A stretch of 64,000 nucleotides of DNA from the human T2T-CHM13v2.0 reference genome, Homo sapiens, in the NCBI RefSeq assembly GCF_009914755.1, contig NC_060935.1, one strand, 5' to 3'. Shown piece by piece: positions 47,261 through 64,000 of the stretch. Both the position numbers and the translations under genes were made by a program. Each line of letters opens with the position of its first letter. The stretch's first letter is position 1. The notes beneath the pieces are model-generated. The model was not told the origin of the DNA, ran no database searches, and worked only from the letters and a program-made list of their open reading frames with translations.

Positions 47261-49233
47261 CAGGGGTCAAAGGCACTCAGTGAACTCTGAATTTCCTTCC
47301 TCGGTTAGAGTTTCTATGATTAGGACTCTAACACACTACAGCAGCAAAGGCCTTTTGGAGGAAATCTCAGGACTGCTTCCTGTGTGCAGGGACAAAGGTT
47401 TTTTGTTTTGTTTTGTTTTGTTTTCCTACCAAAAGCAACACGTTTTTCTCCAGCGCTAATTGTATTGAACATGAACTCCGCAGATAACAGAGAACAAAGA
47501 ACTGAAATACAATCAAAATATCAAGAAGGAAATAGTCACCAAGCATTGCCCTTAGACTGGAGCTGTCTCAGTCACAGAGCCCTCCCAATACCGGTGTTTG
47601 ATTTTAGGGTATAAGGAGCCAGAGATGACAGATAGGTTCTGGGATATGTGTAACCTTGTTGTTTGTTTGTTTTTAATGTCTCCGGACCTCTGAAATGACC
47701 TGTTTCAATGTCTGGAAGAGGCTAAATGGTGAGAGAATGCATAAGTTTTTATGTTTCCTATAAGCCAAACTAAAAAAGGAGCGACAGAGACAATTTACAG
47801 TTAGAAACTCTTCCAGAGTACTGATACTCTCTTAATGACTCCAGATGGGACTTTTTAAGGTATTATTTATATATAAAAAAAATACGTTTTTTCCCGGGCA
47901 GATGGCCAAATAGGAACGGCTCCGGTCTGCAGCACCCAGCAAGACCAACGCAGAAGGCAGGTAGGTGATTTCTATATTTCCAACTGAGGTACCTGGTTCA
48001 TCTCATTGGGACTGGTTAAACAGTGGGTACAGCCCACAGAAGGCGAGCAGAAGCAGGGTGGGGAAGCACAAGGGGTTGGGGAACTCCCTCCCCTACCCAA
48101 AGGAAGCCATAAGGGACCCTGCCATGAGGGACCGTGCCGTGAAGGACCATGCTATCCAGCCCAGATACTAGGCTTTTCCCATGGTCTTCGCCACCCACAG
48201 ACCAGGAGATACCCTTGGGTGCCTATACCACAAAGACCCTGGGTTTCAAGCACAAAACTGGGCAGCTGTTTGGGCAGACATCAAGCTAGCTGCAGGATTT
48301 TTTTTTTCTTTTTGTACCACAGTGGTGCCTGGAACATCAGCGAGACAGAACCATTCACTCCCCTGGAAAGGGGGTGGAAGCCAGGGAGCCAAGTGGTCTT
48401 GCTCAGCAGATCCCACCCCCACGGAGCCCAGCAAGCTAACATCCTCTTGCTTGAAATTCTTGCTGCCAGCACAGCAGTCTGAAGTCCACCCGGGATGCCC
48501 GAGCTTGATAGTAGGGAGGGGCGTCTGCCATTACTGAGGCTTGAGTAAGCAGTTTTCCTCTCACAGTATAAACAAAGCTGAAGGGAAGTTCTGGCTGGGC
48601 AGAGCCCACCACAGCGACCCAAAGCTGCTGTAGCCAGACTGCCTCGCTAGATTCCTCCTCTCTGGGCAGGGCATCTCTGAAAGAAAAGGCAGCAGCCCCA
48701 GTCAGGGGCTTATAGGTAAAACTCCCATCTCATGGGACAGAGCACCTGGGGGAAGGGGCACTTGTGTGTGCAGCTTCAGCAGACTTAAACATTCCTGCCT
48801 GCTGACTCTGAAGAGAGCAGTGGATCTCCCAGCACTGTGCTTGAGCTCTACTAAGGGACAGGCTGTCTCCTCAATTGGGACCCTGACCCCCGTGCCTCCT
48901 GACTGGAAGACACCTCCCAGCAGGGGTCGACAGACACCTCATACAGGAAAGCTCCGACTGGCATCTGGCGGGTGCCCCTCTGGAATGAAGCTTCCAGAGG
49001 AAGGAGCAGGCAGCAATCTTTGCTGTTCTGCAGCCTCCGCTGGTGATACCTAGGCAAACAAGGTCTGGAATGGACCCCCAGCAAACTCTAGCAGACCTGC
49101 AGAAGGGGGTCCTGACTGTTGGAAGGAAAACTAACAAATAGAAAGGAATAACATCAACATCAACAAAAAGTAGGACCGCCCAAAAATTCCATCCGAAGGT
49201 CACCAATGGCAAAGACCAAAGGTAGATAAATTC

Positions 49234-50270
49234 ATGAAGACGAAGAAAAACGAGCCCAAAAAGGCTGAAAATTCAAAAACCAGAATGCCTTTTCTCCTCC
49301 AAAGGATCACAACTCCTTGCCAGCAAGGGAACAAAACTGGACGGAGAATGAGTTTGACAAATTGACAGAAATAGGCTTCAGAAGGTGGCTAATAACGAAC
49401 TCCTCCAAGCTAAAGGGGCATGTTCTATCCCAATGCAAGGAAGCTAAGAATCTTGATAAAAGGTTAGACGAATTGCTAACTAGATTAACCAGTTTAGAGA
49501 AGAATATAAATGACCTGATGGAGCTGAAAAATACAGCATGGGAACTTGGTGAAGCATACACAAGTATCAATAGCCGAATTGATCAACCAGAAGAAAAGAT
49601 ATCAGAGATTGAAGATCAACTTAATGAAATAAATTGTGAAGACAAGATTAGAGAAAAAAGAATGAAAGGGAATGAAAAAAGCCTCCAAGAAATATGGGAC
49701 TATATGAAAACACCAAACCTATATTTGATTGGTGTATGTGAAAGTGACAGGGAGAATGGAACCAAGTTGGAAAACACACTTCAGGGTGTTATCCAGGAGA
49801 ATTTCCCCAACCTAGCAATACAGGCCATCATCCAAATTCAGGAATTAGAAAGAACACCACAAAGATACTCCTTGAAAATAGCTACCCCGAGACACATAAT
49901 CATCAGATTCACCAAGAGTGAAATGAAGGAAAAAATGTTAAGGGCAGCCACAGAAAAAGGTTGGGTTATCCACAAAGGGAAGCCCATCACACTAACAGTG
50001 GATATCTCTGCAGAAACCCTACAAGCCAGAAGAGAGTGGGAGGGGGGGCAATATTCAACATTCTTAATGAAAATAATTTTCAACCAAGAATTGCATATCC
50101 AGCCAAACTGAGCTTCATAGGCAAAGGAGAAATACAATTTTTTTTCCAGACAAGCAAATGCTGAGGGATTTTGTCACCACCAGGCCTGCTTTACAAGAGC
50201 TCCTGAAGGAAGGACTAAATATGGAAAGGAAAACTGGTACCAGCCAGTGCAAAAACAAACCAAAATGTAA
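49234..50270 (+). pseudogene. L1 ORF1p remnant (frameshifted)
   Basis: ORF 49317-50111 gives ORF1p motifs (SLQEIWDY..PNL.LIGV.E; ENFPNL; TPRHIIIRF..EMKEKMLRAA; ETLQARREW). Confidence 0.92.
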
Positions 50271-50333
50271 AGACTGTCAACACTGTGAAGAAACTGCATC
50301 AACTAATGGGCAAAATAATCAGCTAGCATCATA

Positions 50334-54132
<3,799 letters not shown>

Positions 54133-54388
54133 ACAATGAGAACTTATGGGCACAGGGAGGGGAGCATCACACACCGGGGCCTGACGGGGGTTAGGGGGCA
54201 AGGGGAGGGATAGCATTAGGAAAAATACATAATGTAGATAACGGATTGATGGGTGTGCAAACCATCATGGCACATGTATACTTATGTAACAAACCTGCAT
54301 GTTCTGCACAGATATTTGAGAACTTAAAGTATAATAATAATAATAAAGAATATATACTTGAAAATGTAACAACAACAACAAAAAATAC

Positions 54389-55240
54389 AAATTTTAGTTG
54401 TACAGCTGAAGGAGTTTTGACAAGGTATATTAACACAGAATATTTACATCACCCCAGAAATTACTCATGTGCTCCCTTTCCGGCAAAACGAACTTAAAAG
54501 TAAGCGCTTTTAAAAATTCCAGTCCTTATAGTTTAAATTTGCCTGTTCTTTTCATTTATAGGAATAGAATCATACAGTATATATGATTTTGTGTCTAGCT
54601 TCCTTCACTTAATAAAATATCTCAGATTCATGCATGTTTTTCAATCAGTAATTTACTACTTTTTGTTGCAGAGTGGTATTGCATTGTATGACAAAACCTT
54701 AAATTATTTTATCATTTTATTTGTTCATGACAGTTGGATTATTTTCACTCTTTGCCTTTTATAAAATAAAGTTGATAAGAATATTCTTGTACAATATTTT
54801 TGTAGATATTTGTTTTCAATTTACCCTGGGAGAATATACATAATATGTATCTTATGTGAATTGCTGGGTGGTAATATAGGTATCGTTTAACATTAAGGAC
54901 CACAGGCCACATGGTTTTGGAAGTAGTTGCACCATTTTTTACTCTGATCAGCAACATATGTTAGATCTAGCTGCTCCATATCCTTGACTACTTTTGGTAT
55001 TTCAATCTCTTTAATTGTAGAAATTCTAGTCTATAGTATGCATTTTCCTGTTATTTCTTGTGCCCTCTCCAAAGCAGACTTTTTTTTTCATCTTGAAGAA
55101 GTCTCATATTCATTTTTTTTTGTGGTTAGTTCCAAGTTTGGTGAGGGTATTTTCAGAGATTCTGTATTCTTATGTATTTTTCATATTCTTGTTTTATTGA
55201 TTACCAGAAGAGGAAGATAAAAATCTCCAACTATGCATTA
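54389..55240 (-). mobile_element. Old antisense L1M 3' end (continuation of ~47850-47885, split by the full-length L1)
   Basis: aaattttagttgtacagctgaaggagttttgacaa...catcaccccagaaa...ggaatagaatcatacagtat motifs. Confidence 0.65.
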
Positions 55241-55256
55241 ATAACTTAGTACTGTC

Positions 55257-55447
55257 GGGGGGAGGGGGTAGGGATAGCATTAGGAGATATACCTAATGCT
55301 AAATGACGAGTTAATGGGTGCAGCACACCAGCATGGCACATGTATACATATGTAACTAACCTGCACATTGTGCACATGTACCCTAAAACTTAAAGTATAA
55401 TAATAATAAAATAAAATAAAATAAAATAAAATAAAATAAAATAAAAC
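55257..55447 (+). mobile_element. Young 5'-truncated L1 3' end (L1PA3-like), ~190 bp
   Basis: ggagatatacctaatgctaaatgacgagttaatgggtgcagcacaccagcatggcacatg...ccctaaaacttaaagtataat + (TAAAA)n tail; TSD agtactgtc at 55248-55256 and 55448-55456. Confidence 0.93.
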
Positions 55448-56238
55448 AGTACTGTCAATTTTTTCAAAATGGTTTGTGAAATACTTTCTTGTGGGACATG
55501 TATTTTTAGATTGTTTTTTGATGAATTAATCATGTTACCATTATGACAGAAACTTTTCTTCCCTCTGGGACAGTTACTTACTTTATGTATTTCCTCCAAT
55601 CAACTCCAGGCATTAAACAGACACTTATTGCTTAGAGATGGTGCATGGTGCACTAAGGTAGGATGAAAATGTTCCTAACCTGTGTCTCTGGGAGGAATGT
55701 CAGAGGGCAAAGGGCGGCATGAATCCTTTGACTTTTTTTTGCAATTTCAAGGATTTTGTACATATATATTTTTCTAGGCAGATCTACTTTTTCTCCAGAA
55801 AACTTCTGATTTTCTTACACTAAAAAAAAATGTACAACTGAAGCAATATTCTTAAATCTTAAAATAGAATTTGTATGGGGAATTTCTTTTTAAAAATTTT
55901 TATAGATTTAAGGAGTACAAGTGCAGTTTTGTTACATGAATATATGGAATAGTGGTGAAATCTGGGCTTTTAGTGTAGCCGTCACCTTATAATATACATT
56001 GTACCCATTAAGTATTTTCTCATTCTTTATCCCTCCCACTCTCTAGCCCTTCCAAGTCTCCTGTACCTATCATTCCACACTCTCCATCCATGTGTACTTA
56101 TTTAGCTCCCATGATAAGTGAGAACATTGATATTTGACTTTCTGAGTTGTTTCACTTAAGATAATGGCCTCCAGTTTCATCCAAGTTGCTGCAAAGGAAG
56201 TCATTTTATTCATTCTTTATGGCTAAGTAGTATGCCAT

Positions 56239-56275
56239 TGTGTGTGTGTGTGTGTGCGTGTGTGTGTGTGTGTGT
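56239..56275. repeat. (TG)n microsatellite
   Basis: TG run with one CG interruption. Confidence 0.9.
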
Positions 56276-56276
56276 A

Positions 56277-56648
56277 TGATACGGTTTTGCTGGGTTCCCA
56301 CCCAAATCTCATCTTGAATAGTAGCTCCCATAATCCCCTAATCCCCACGTGTAGTGGGAGAGACCCAGTGGGAGGTAATTGAATCATGGGGGCAGGTTTT
56401 CTCATGCTTTTCTGATGATAGTGAATAAGTCTCCATGAGATCTGCTGGTTTTATAAAAGGCAGTTTCTCTGCACATGCTGTCTTGCCTGTTGCCATGTAA
56501 GATGTGCCTTTGCTTTTCCTTTACCTTCCATCATGATTGTGAGAACTCCTCAGCCATGTGGAATGGTGAATCCCTTAAATCTCTTTTTCTTTATAAATTA
56601 CCTAGTCTCAGGTATTTCTTCATAGCAGTATGAAAATGGACTAATGCA
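56277..56648 (+). mobile_element. THE1/MST-type MaLR solo LTR nested in L1
   Basis: tgatacggtttt...cccacccaaatctcatcttgaat...catagcagtatgaaaatggactaatgca. Confidence 0.88.
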
Positions 56649-59600
56649 ATATATGACTTTTTATCTAATCATCCATTGAGGGACACTTAGGTTGATTCCA
56701 AATCTTTGCTATTGAGAATAGTGCTATGATAAACATAGTATTGCAAATATCTTTTTGGTATAATGATTTCTTTTCTTTTGGGTATTACTCAGAAGTGGCA
56801 TAGCTGGACTGAATGGTAGTTTTACTTCTAGTTCTTCCAGAAATCTCTATACTATTTTCCATAGAGATTTATTAATTTACATTCCTACCAACAGAGTATG
56901 CTACCTTTTCTCCACATCCTCACCAACATCTGTTGTTTTTTTGCCTTTTTGCACATTCTAACTGGCATAAGATGGTATCTCATTATATTTTAATTTGCAT
57001 TTTTAGATGATTAGTAATGTTCAGCATTTTTACTTGTTTGTCAGTTGCTTGCATGTCTTCTTTTGAAAAATGTTCACGTTCTTTGCCCACTTTTTAAAAG
57101 AGTTGTTTTATTTTTTCCTCATTAAGTTGTTTGAGTTATTTACAGAGTCTGGATATTAATTCTTTGTTGGATGCATGGTTGGCAAATATTTTCTCCCATT
57201 CCGGTTGTCTGTTTACTCCGTTTATTATTTTTTTTGGCTCTGCAGAAGGTTTTTAGTTTAATTAAATCTCATCTATCTATTTTTGGTATTGTTGCATTTA
57301 TTTTTCCAGGTCTTAGATATAAATTTTTGCCTAAGTCAGTGTCCAGGGGAGTTTTTCCGAGGTTTTCTTCTAGGGTTTTTACAGTTTGAGGTCTTACATT
57401 TAAGTCTTTAATCCATCTTGAGTTAATTTCTGTATATTGTAAGAGATCGGGGTCCATTTTCATCCTTCTGCATATGGCAATCCACTTTTCTCAGAAGTAT
57501 TTACTAGAGTGTCCTTTCCCCAGTGTATGTTTTTGTCAATTTTTTCAAAGATTAGTTGGCTGTAGGTGTGTGACTTTATTTCTAGATTTGCTATTCTGTT
57601 CCATCGATTTATGTGTCTATTTTTATAGCAGTACCATGCTGTTTTGGTTACTATACCCTTCTAGTGTAATTTGAAGTTAGATAATGCAATATCTCCAGTT
57701 TTATTCTTTTCACTTAGGATTGTTTTCAATATTTGTGTTCTTTTATTCCTCCTTAAATTGTTTTTAGGATTGTTTTTTCTCAGTCTGTGAAAAATAATGT
57801 TGATATTTTGATAGAAATTGCATTGAATGTATAGATTGCTTTGGTCAGTATGGTCATTTTAACAATATTGATTCTTCTGATCCATGAGCATGGAATATTT
57901 TTCCATTTGTTTGTGTTGTCTACAATTTCTTTCATCACTGTTTTGTAGATTTTCTTGCAGAGATCTTTTACCTCGTTGGTTATATCAATTCCTAGGTATT
58001 TTATTTTTTGTGTGTGTGGCTACTGTAAATGAGATTGACTTCTTGATTTGGTTTTCAGCTTGATTTTTATTGATGTATAGAAATCCTACTGATACATGTA
58101 TCCTGAAACTTTACTAAATTTATTTATTGAGCCCTAGGAGTCTTCTAGAAGAGTCTTTAGATTTTTCAAGATATAAGATTATATCATCAGCAAATAGAGA
58201 TAATTTGACTTCTTGTTTTCCAATTTGGATGTCTTTCATTTCTTTCTCTTGCCTGATTGCTCTGGCTGGGACTTTTAGTACTATGTTGAATAGGAGTGGT
58301 AAGAATGGGCATCTTTGTCTTGCTCCAGTTCTTAGGAAAATATTTTTATGTTTTCTCCATTCAATATGATATTGGCTGTGGATTTGTCCCATTCTGTTTG
58401 TATTAATTTGAGGTGTGTTCCTTCTATGCCTAGTTTGTTGAGGAATTTTATCATGAAAGGATGTTGAATTGTTTCAGATGCCTTTTCTGCATCTATTTAG
58501 ATAATCATATGGTTTTTGTTTTTAATTGTTTATGTGATGAATCACTTTTATTTATCTGCATATCTTAAACCATCCTTGCACCTCTAGAATAAATCCCACT
58601 TGATCACAGTGTATTATCTTTTTGATGTGTTGTTGGATTTGACTTGCTAGTGTTTTGTTAAGGACTTTGACATATATGTTCATCTGAAATATTGGTCTGT
58701 GGTTATCTTTTTTGTTGTTATGTCCTTTTTTATCATTGGTATTAGGGTGATACTGATTTGTAAAATGAGTTAGCTAGGATTTTTTTGGAAGAGTTTCAGT
58801 AGGATTCATACCAGTTCTTTGTGCATCTGGTAGAATTCAACCACGAATCCATCTGGTTCTTAGCATTTTCTTTTTGTGGGGAGAGTTTTATTACTGATTC
58901 AATGTAACCACTTGTTATTGATCTCTTCAGGATTCCCATTTTTTTTTCTGGTTCAATCTTGAGAGGTTGTATGTTTCCAGGAATTTATTCATTTCCTCTA
59001 GTTTTTCTAACTCCAGCCACTTTGCAACTAGGGCTACTCACTACAAACTAATCTTCTCTAAAACTTTAACACTGCTTTACTATTGAAATTTTTGTTCTAC
59101 AGTTTATACCTCAGCTGTTTTTTATAGCCTCAATTATCCCTTATTTTTTGTCAAGATAAAATTTAAAACACATTTAAACAAAAGATATTTTATGTATTCC
59201 CCTTTATTTATTTATTTGAAAAGTAAAAATTGTATATATTCATGGTGCTTAACTTGATGTTTTGATATATGTATATATCGTGAAATATCAAAGTAAACTA
59301 CTTAATATATGCATTACCTAACATACATAGTTCTATGCAAGTTATTCTACAAAATGGGAGCTGAATGTCCATTAAAATTATTTATATTCTGAAAGCAGAT
59401 GAGGTATATTTATTGAAAATTGCAAATGCAATGACTGTAGATCTAGATCTTTGTGACTTTTGATTAAAGCCCAGAATTCATGAGAGGCTTACTTTCCTTT
59501 CAAAAAGAAGAGCCACACAAATTTGAACTGTTTTACCCCCAGGGCTGTCTCTCTTTACTCTGAATACCTCGTTATTGCCAGAAACTCCTTTTTTTGAGCT

Positions 59601-59783
59601 AACAATTTAAAGCAAAATAATTCTTCAAAGATAGAACTTGCATGAATAGAAATATTATATAATTATACTTTGGATAAAGCAGAATAAATAAAATAGAGTG
59701 AATATAAATATGAAATTTGAAAATGGGAAAATTCTATCATATATTTTGAAATGAAAATTTAGAACTTATGAATCCATCTCTAA

Positions 59784-60115
<332 letters not shown>

Positions 60116-61346
60116 TAGGTTCTCCTTTTACTGTAAGGATTGTTGGATTTACTACAAGATTTTCTGATATATGTCTTACCTTGCACCTAAAATCTAGATG
60201 TTCTCCACAAATGAAAAGGGATGCCTCTAATTTACATTACTTTCTCTCTAGTTGCTTTTCAATAAATTTAATAAAATATAGATGGTTGAAAGAGAACACA
60301 TTTGTTTCCTTAATATCTTTATAATTTACTCCATCTGTAGGCATTTCAATACTTTCAATTAGTTCTATAAGTACCATGCAAATTTTGAATCAGCTGTTTG
60401 TTGGAATTTTGTGCTCTTTTTCCTGGCTCTAGTGCTGAAACTTAATAATTACATGTTTATTTTTCTAGAGAAAAGAAATGCTCAAAATAGTGCACTTAGG
60501 CAGATACCTGTCAACGTATGCTTAAATGTATTTTCAAAATATAATTTGTAAACATAACAGTGCAGTAGTATTAAAGACAGAGGATATAAAATTCTTAGAA
60601 TTGCAAGAATACATTTGCCTTTTGAACATGCTGTAATTTAACTGTCCCAGAAATCTTTTAAGTTTCTGACTGTCAAAATATTAATGATGGTTAAATTCGG
60701 CAAGGAAAAGAACCATAATCTTGTATTGCTGTTGTTTCTATAAGACTTTAATTTAAAATTTAAAATTTTTATTTGAACAAAAATTAGCATTGTCATTCAC
60801 ATTAGTTAATTAGGATAGGACACATGAATTTTAGATTATGTATGAAGACTGTGATGGGTTCTTCCTCAAATTGTCTTCCATTCATTGACAATTATCCACA
60901 AACAAAATGAAAATAAAATCAAAGAAGGCTCTTTAAGAAGCAAAAGCCAAATAAAGCATTTCTTGCTAGTATGGTTACTGTTAAATTATTTACATGGATT
61001 CCATAGCCCTTCATCACTGTGAGCAAATTTGAAAATCATATGGTGCTAACCGTGTATCATTTTGCAAGAGTAAATTACACTTTAATTGGCTGTAATGGAA
61101 GGAACTCTTTTTTTTCTTCTTCTTCGCCTGCTCTTTCCCCTACATCTCCTTTCTTTCCAGTTCCCCTCATTCTCCCATGCTTTTCCTTCATTGTTCTTAT
61201 ATACATTTAATTAATATGCAGACTAAAGTCTGAACCAGACAAATTTACAAGAAATATTGTAGTTGTAGGCAGGCAAGTTATTTTTCCTACTGGTAAAAAC
61301 TGCTGAGCTTATCAATGGCCACCAGTTACAGGAGATTTTCTATCTT

Positions 61347-61351
<5 letters not shown>

Positions 61352-61384
<33 letters not shown>

Positions 61385-61580
61385 AGACAGAGACTCGCTC
61401 TGTAGCCCAGGCTGGAGTGCAGTGGTGCGAACTTGTCTCACTGCAACCTCTGCCTCCTGGGTTCAAGTAACACTCCTGGCTCAGCCTCCTAAGTAGCTAG
61501 GATTACAGGCACGCACCACCACACCTAGCTAATTTTTGTATTTTTAGTAGAGATAGAGTTTCACCATGTTGGTCAGGCTT
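61352..61580 (-). mobile_element. 5'-truncated AluS
   Basis: T32 tail, right arm, linker and only part of left arm (ends ccatgttggtcaggcttg). Confidence 0.9.
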
Positions 61581-63790
61581 GTTTATCTCGAGAATTTTCA
61601 AACTTAAGTTGTTTTTGTAAAGCAATTCAATTGCCATGCCATGCTTAGTCAATGTTGTTTGTTTGTTTGGTTGTTTTTTTTTTTTTTTGGCGGCAATGTG
61701 GAGTTGAGGCTCTTGATTCAAAAACATATTATATCACTCAATATTTTGCTACATTTTCAATGTAGCTCATTTTCAATGTAACTTCATTTTCAATGAAGGC
61801 TCAATAGTGAGCCTTCAGCAAAAGCTAAGCATTTTTCGTTTTTAAATTAATAAATCCCATAGAGAGAAAGAAAGCTATTTAATCTTGACAACTGTCTCTT
61901 TCTCTAAGAAGATGGCCTGTGTACTCAGTAAAATGCAATTTATGACAAGAATAATGTAGCTAATATTGAAACTCATCTAACATACACACAAGTAACTGTG
62001 GTCAAAGAAAGTAAACGTGTCAGTTTAATACATGCAGCATAGAATAACTGTGCTTTTTAAATAATCTCATTCCTGTAAAACTATTAAATTGTTATTATAG
62101 GGCAGCCCATAATTCACTGCAGAAGGAAAGAGTCTGCGTATTGAAAAAAAGAGAGTAACACATGAAAACTTTTTTCAGTAGTTCTTGATGAAAAGATACC
62201 TATGGGATGCATGAGAAGGCTGTTGCTTTATTCTGCTGAACCTATGTTCCTTTATGTCATGGTTCTACAGTCTCCTTTGGTTTGTTAAATTTTAAGTGAT
62301 TTGTAAAGAGAGACACCCAAGTAATGGAGCAAAATTCTAACTGTAGGTGATTTTGTGTCAAGCAAGCTGTTATATTTGGTCATAGTCCTCCCAATAGAAG
62401 TCACCATCAAGGGTCTCTCTTGGGCCCTCTGATCTTAAGTGACTATACAACATGTTTATTTGTATACTGTTTTAAAAATTGCTATATTTTGGTGATGCCC
62501 CAGGCTCCTCTTTTTCTGTCCGTTAATCTAAACTTAATATTAAGTAAATAAATCATGATTTTTAAACGAGTTCAAATTTAACTCCTCTGAAATAGTCTCA
62601 GGAGAATTTGAACTGGTTTTCTCAGCCCTATTCACAAAATAAGGCTGTCACACACCACTTCACGTGGCTTTATATACAATAATTTAGTTGTGGTTAGCTT
62701 TGTACCATGCTAAAGAGTGAGATTATGAATACTTCTTCCTGTATTTAGGAGATATATGTATGCCAGTTGTTTTGTTTGTTTGTTTCTTTCTTTCTTTCTT
62801 TTTTTTACTTTTCTGGAGAAAGGTTTAAAATGTTACTAATAGTATATACACATTTTCCTTTTTTCTCAAATCTGCCACTTCAACCAATTAAAATAGTAGT
62901 AATATTGTTTTCTCTTGCATTGTTTTAATATAAAATAAAAGCAAATTAAATTTCACATAAGAATTTGCCTTGAGTATCTTAACTGGTTTAATATTTTGTT
63001 TTGTTTTGCTTTTGTTTGTAATAGATGAAAAATAGGAGGTTTGAATAAGAGGTATACACTCTCACTTGAAAAGCCTAGGACATGGAAGAATGTGCAATGG
63101 GAGAAAACCATCAAATTACCTTGCTTTCTTTACTCATATGACATCATAGCAGGCATATCAAGTATCTGTGTTAAATTGTTGAGTATTTTTGCATATTTTG
63201 AAAGAAATAAAAATCTGATACATGTATCTGAATACCTGGCCTAAAAATATAAATGTAGCTCCAGACAATGTAAAAGTTTCTATAATGAAGTCCTAGACAT
63301 GTGAAGTAAGTGGCAGCTTCTGGATCAGGAAGAAAGTCCTTTGAGGACAAGGTCTGAGTCTTACTATTCTTAATGCCCTGCATGGATCATTTTTAAGAGC
63401 CTGGCACAGGTGCTGCATACGTATTTACTTGAGGAAACAGCCAGGTGTTCTTTATTCTCAGCTGACCTCTAAATGCTATTTTTACTTCTAAGATGTTGTA
63501 TCTGTTGGATTTTATATAATAAATAGGAAGAAGTTGATAGGTACAATAAATAAGAATCCCTGAGTCCCATGATCATACTTTTTGACAACAAGAAGCTCAT
63601 TGGGCTTTTAAGTTGTATTTATAGTTATTGTCTTTTGCAGGATAATTATGATAAATTCCAAATGCATTTTACTTAATGAAACTATTTCTGATTTCTGACT
63701 TTGAGAAGCAAAGAAACACATTTAAAAATATGTCCTTGGCCTAATCATGCTTACTGTATCCAAGAGCCACTTAATTTATCTCCACAGAAT

Positions 63791-63850
63791 TCTCTCTCTC
63801 TCTCTCTCTCAATCTCTCTCTCTTCTCTCTCTCTCTTTTACTCTGTCTCT
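63791..63850. repeat. (CT)n microsatellite
   Basis: Interrupted CT tract. Confidence 0.9.
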
Positions 63851-64000
63851 TTAGATCTTTCTCTCTTTCGCTGTTAGTCACACAGACACATAGATATGCT
63901 CACCCGTACTTGCTTTCAAACTATTACTTTGACCATGTTTCCTTCTCAATCTTAACATGAAACATCTTCCTTCCTACTTTTTTCTGTCAATTTCTTCTTT

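Larger units (their letters stand above)
55890..59010 (-). mobile_element. Antisense L1 (L1PB/L1MA-like) 3' portion
   Basis: Minus-strand ORF 58120-58392 encodes RT motif [18 protein letters not shown]...[14 protein letters not shown]; 3'UTR motifs near 55900-56220. Confidence 0.9.

Overview
This is primate genomic DNA, most likely great ape. It is AT-rich, CpG-depleted and dominated by interspersed repeats (Alu, L1, MaLR LTRs, MER DNA transposons, MIR). The only host gene I can support is the first coding exon of LUZP2 (ATG at 47127, encoding the signal-peptide stretch MKFSPVPYLLPLLPALVLST-R, donor GT at 47189) inside a CpG island at ~46600-47260. It is too short to appear in the ORF track. 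About 46 kb upstream is intergenic and the rest is intron 1. Almost all listed ORFs are repeat-derived or spurious. I found no prokaryote-type system (operon, CRISPR, tRNA/rRNA). Most notable: (1) a near-perfect 51-bp-arm inverted repeat at 3156-3271 not matching any repeat I recognise; (2) a full-length, decayed L1PA7/8-like element ~700 bp downstream of exon 1, whose antisense-promoter/ORF0 region faces the LUZP2 promoter; (3) a young L1PA3-like 3' fragment with an AATAAA-rich tail in intron 1; (4) an 18-bp tandem duplication in the promoter. Repeat subfamily names and the comparison with human LUZP2 come from recalled consensus sequences, not database searches. Boundaries without a stated target-site duplication (TSD) are approximate.
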